In this document: positions 62,381-64,000 of the stretch, in pieces
Position numbering within the stretch: position 1 is the first letter of the stretch
How the letters are laid out: each line of letters begins with the position of its first letter
Source of the DNA: Hydrolagus colliei
Taxonomy: Eukaryota
NCBI GenBank assembly: GCA_035084275.1
Contig: CM068769.1
Location: 1,054,001 to 1,118,000, forward strand
Direction of reading: 5' to 3'
DNA length: 64,000 bases
The notes under the pieces: generated by a model
What the model was told of the DNA's origin: nothing
The model's input: the letters and a program-made list of their open reading frames with translations, nothing else
The model's database searches: none
Translations under genes and position numbers: made by a program

Positions 62381-63242
62381 TGCTGCTCCTCAGGACTCGT
62401 TGTTGTGTCTGTGACATCAGTTTGCTGGTAACCAACAGCAATATGCGTTACCGGCAGATCCCATAGTCCCACGTCACCTCATTGACATCTCAACTGCTTT
62501 TAATTTGTGCAATACTCCATTACAGTCTGTGTTTTTGTGGCGTGGCTGGGTGGGGTGGTGGGCGGGTGGGAGGTGGGTAGCAGGGAATCCTCCCACTCAG
62601 TTCCTAGTAAATTTACAATCAAACCTTACACATATACAGTCAATTCGCTTAACTGTATATATTCCATGAAGCGTTTCGAGCCGTTGATAAAAGGTGAAAA
62701 GAGCAATTTTGCCTGTAAAATCAAATGCAAATATTATTCATATTATTCCAATCCAATAAATGATGGTCACGAATTTCCGAATAGTTTACGTATACACAAA
62801 TGGATATAGCGTTTTTAATTTCACTCGAAGTAATGTTTCGTACTAATTCAAACACTACCTCCATCTTATAGTTCAATGACGGTTTGCACTTTTATTTAGA
62901 TTTGTAAATGTTGTAAAAGTAAATTTTTCATCCATTCGAAGATCTTCATGTATCTCCAGTATTGATTCGTGCATTACATATTTCCTGAAAGATCATTGTT
63001 ATCTTAATAATTATTTCCTTTGTTACAGTTTATTTCAATAATTCCCTACATGACGCCACGTGACTTGCTGTGGCGCCTGTTTTATTGCATGTGGTTGGGA
63101 ATTGATCACGTGATTCCTCTGAGAAACACAGCAGATAAGTCAAATAGTTCAACTGACAGGAATGACATCTGTGTTGTGATTAAACCATTAAATCCTCCTT
63201 GTAGGTTTATGCACGGTGGTGTCGCCTGAAGATAACGCTGTT

Positions 63243-63689
63243 CAAGGGATCCCACAAGATTATGTGGCTGCATCAGATATAGCCGCAGCCAGCACAGTTA
63301 CAGTAGATGTCTTGCTGCTCGTGTACAAAGTAGTGTGAAAATACCTTCATCAAATTCAGCTCTGAAAGTGTCACCATCATGTTCATGTCTCAGTGTTTAC
63401 AGAGGAGGCTGGCCTGGCTACTGCCGGTACCAGTATATCCAAACACTCGTGAAACCAGCAGAGTAGGTACATCTGAGGTTCACAGTCTGGCCTTCAGTGA
63501 CAGACACTTCCCTCTACCATGGTTCAACATTATCTCCATTTGCGGTCGCTGTAGCCAGAGAGAACAAATTATTCATTGTAAAGCACACACTATAGATAAA
63601 TCTCCAAAGGGTCTTCGGACGGAGAGTAAATTACTTCCATAAAAGATCAATAACATTAAAATGAGCAAGGCAATGTGTTTACTCTGCAT
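63243..63689 (-). pseudogene. TCR alpha/delta-type V pseudogene (f), paralog of (a)
   Basis: Leader 63639-63689 MQSKHIALLILMLLIF with donor GT changed to GG; V exon 63243-63548 ...TVNLRCTYSAGFTSVWIYWYRQ* with several stops and a frameshift; RSS AACAGCG-23-GCATAAACC at 63204-63242. Confidence 0.88.
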
Positions 63690-64000
63690 GTTTCCAAGCG
63701 AGCAAGTCATTCGATGCGAGCTTTTTGAGATGAGAGATTGTGTCCTGAATTGTGACTCAAAGCAGAGTGATGAGCAACAGATGCGCCTCTGTGTCAGATG
63801 ACTATAGTTTCAAAAAGTATTTGTGAAACTTAAGTAGACTGATGACGCTACAACGCCTTGTGACGTAGAAATAACAATGTAAATTTCTTCTTGTTGTTCT
63901 GATGAATGCTGCCACTTTACTGTTTTATTTGAAGTATAATTTTGTCATCCTTCCACGAACCACCCCAACCGTGTTCTTGTCTCTATCCAAATTTTCATCA

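Larger units (their letters stand above)
11500..62740. mobile_element. Dispersed SINE body/tail family (many copies; span given is first to last copy)
   Basis: caatccacgactgtttgtgggaca...ttcactttacagtatattctgtgaagcgctttgag at about 11540, 21400, 34400, 34750, 47250, 48520, 53950, 55360, 55650, 57400, 58000 and 62630. Confidence 0.7.

Overview
Eukaryotic DNA from a cartilaginous fish, most likely a shark (inferred from TCR V families, a VNAR-type V domain and CR1/L2/SINE content; species not determinable). Left part (0.9-19 kb): two head-to-head immune-type genes, both broken - a minus-strand receptor with leader, SRCR and Ig-like exons, and a plus-strand TRIM (RING-Bbox-coiled coil) pseudogene whose B30.2 exon I could not find. 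Middle (22-44.5 kb): an old, apparently non-coding LTR element with a nested inverted solo LTR, a CR1 LINE, and a young 7 kb class I (gamma/epsilon-like) ERV inserted in an L2. Hidden among these, and absent from the ORF track, is a decayed VNAR-like V exon (33.15-33.42 kb), best read as a NAR-TCR V relic. Right part (45-64 kb): six TCR alpha/delta-type V segments with leaders and RSS, all on the minus strand; five are clear pseudogenes and one is an open frame lacking its first conserved Cys. I found no D, J or C segment. All alignments, identities and counts were done by eye.
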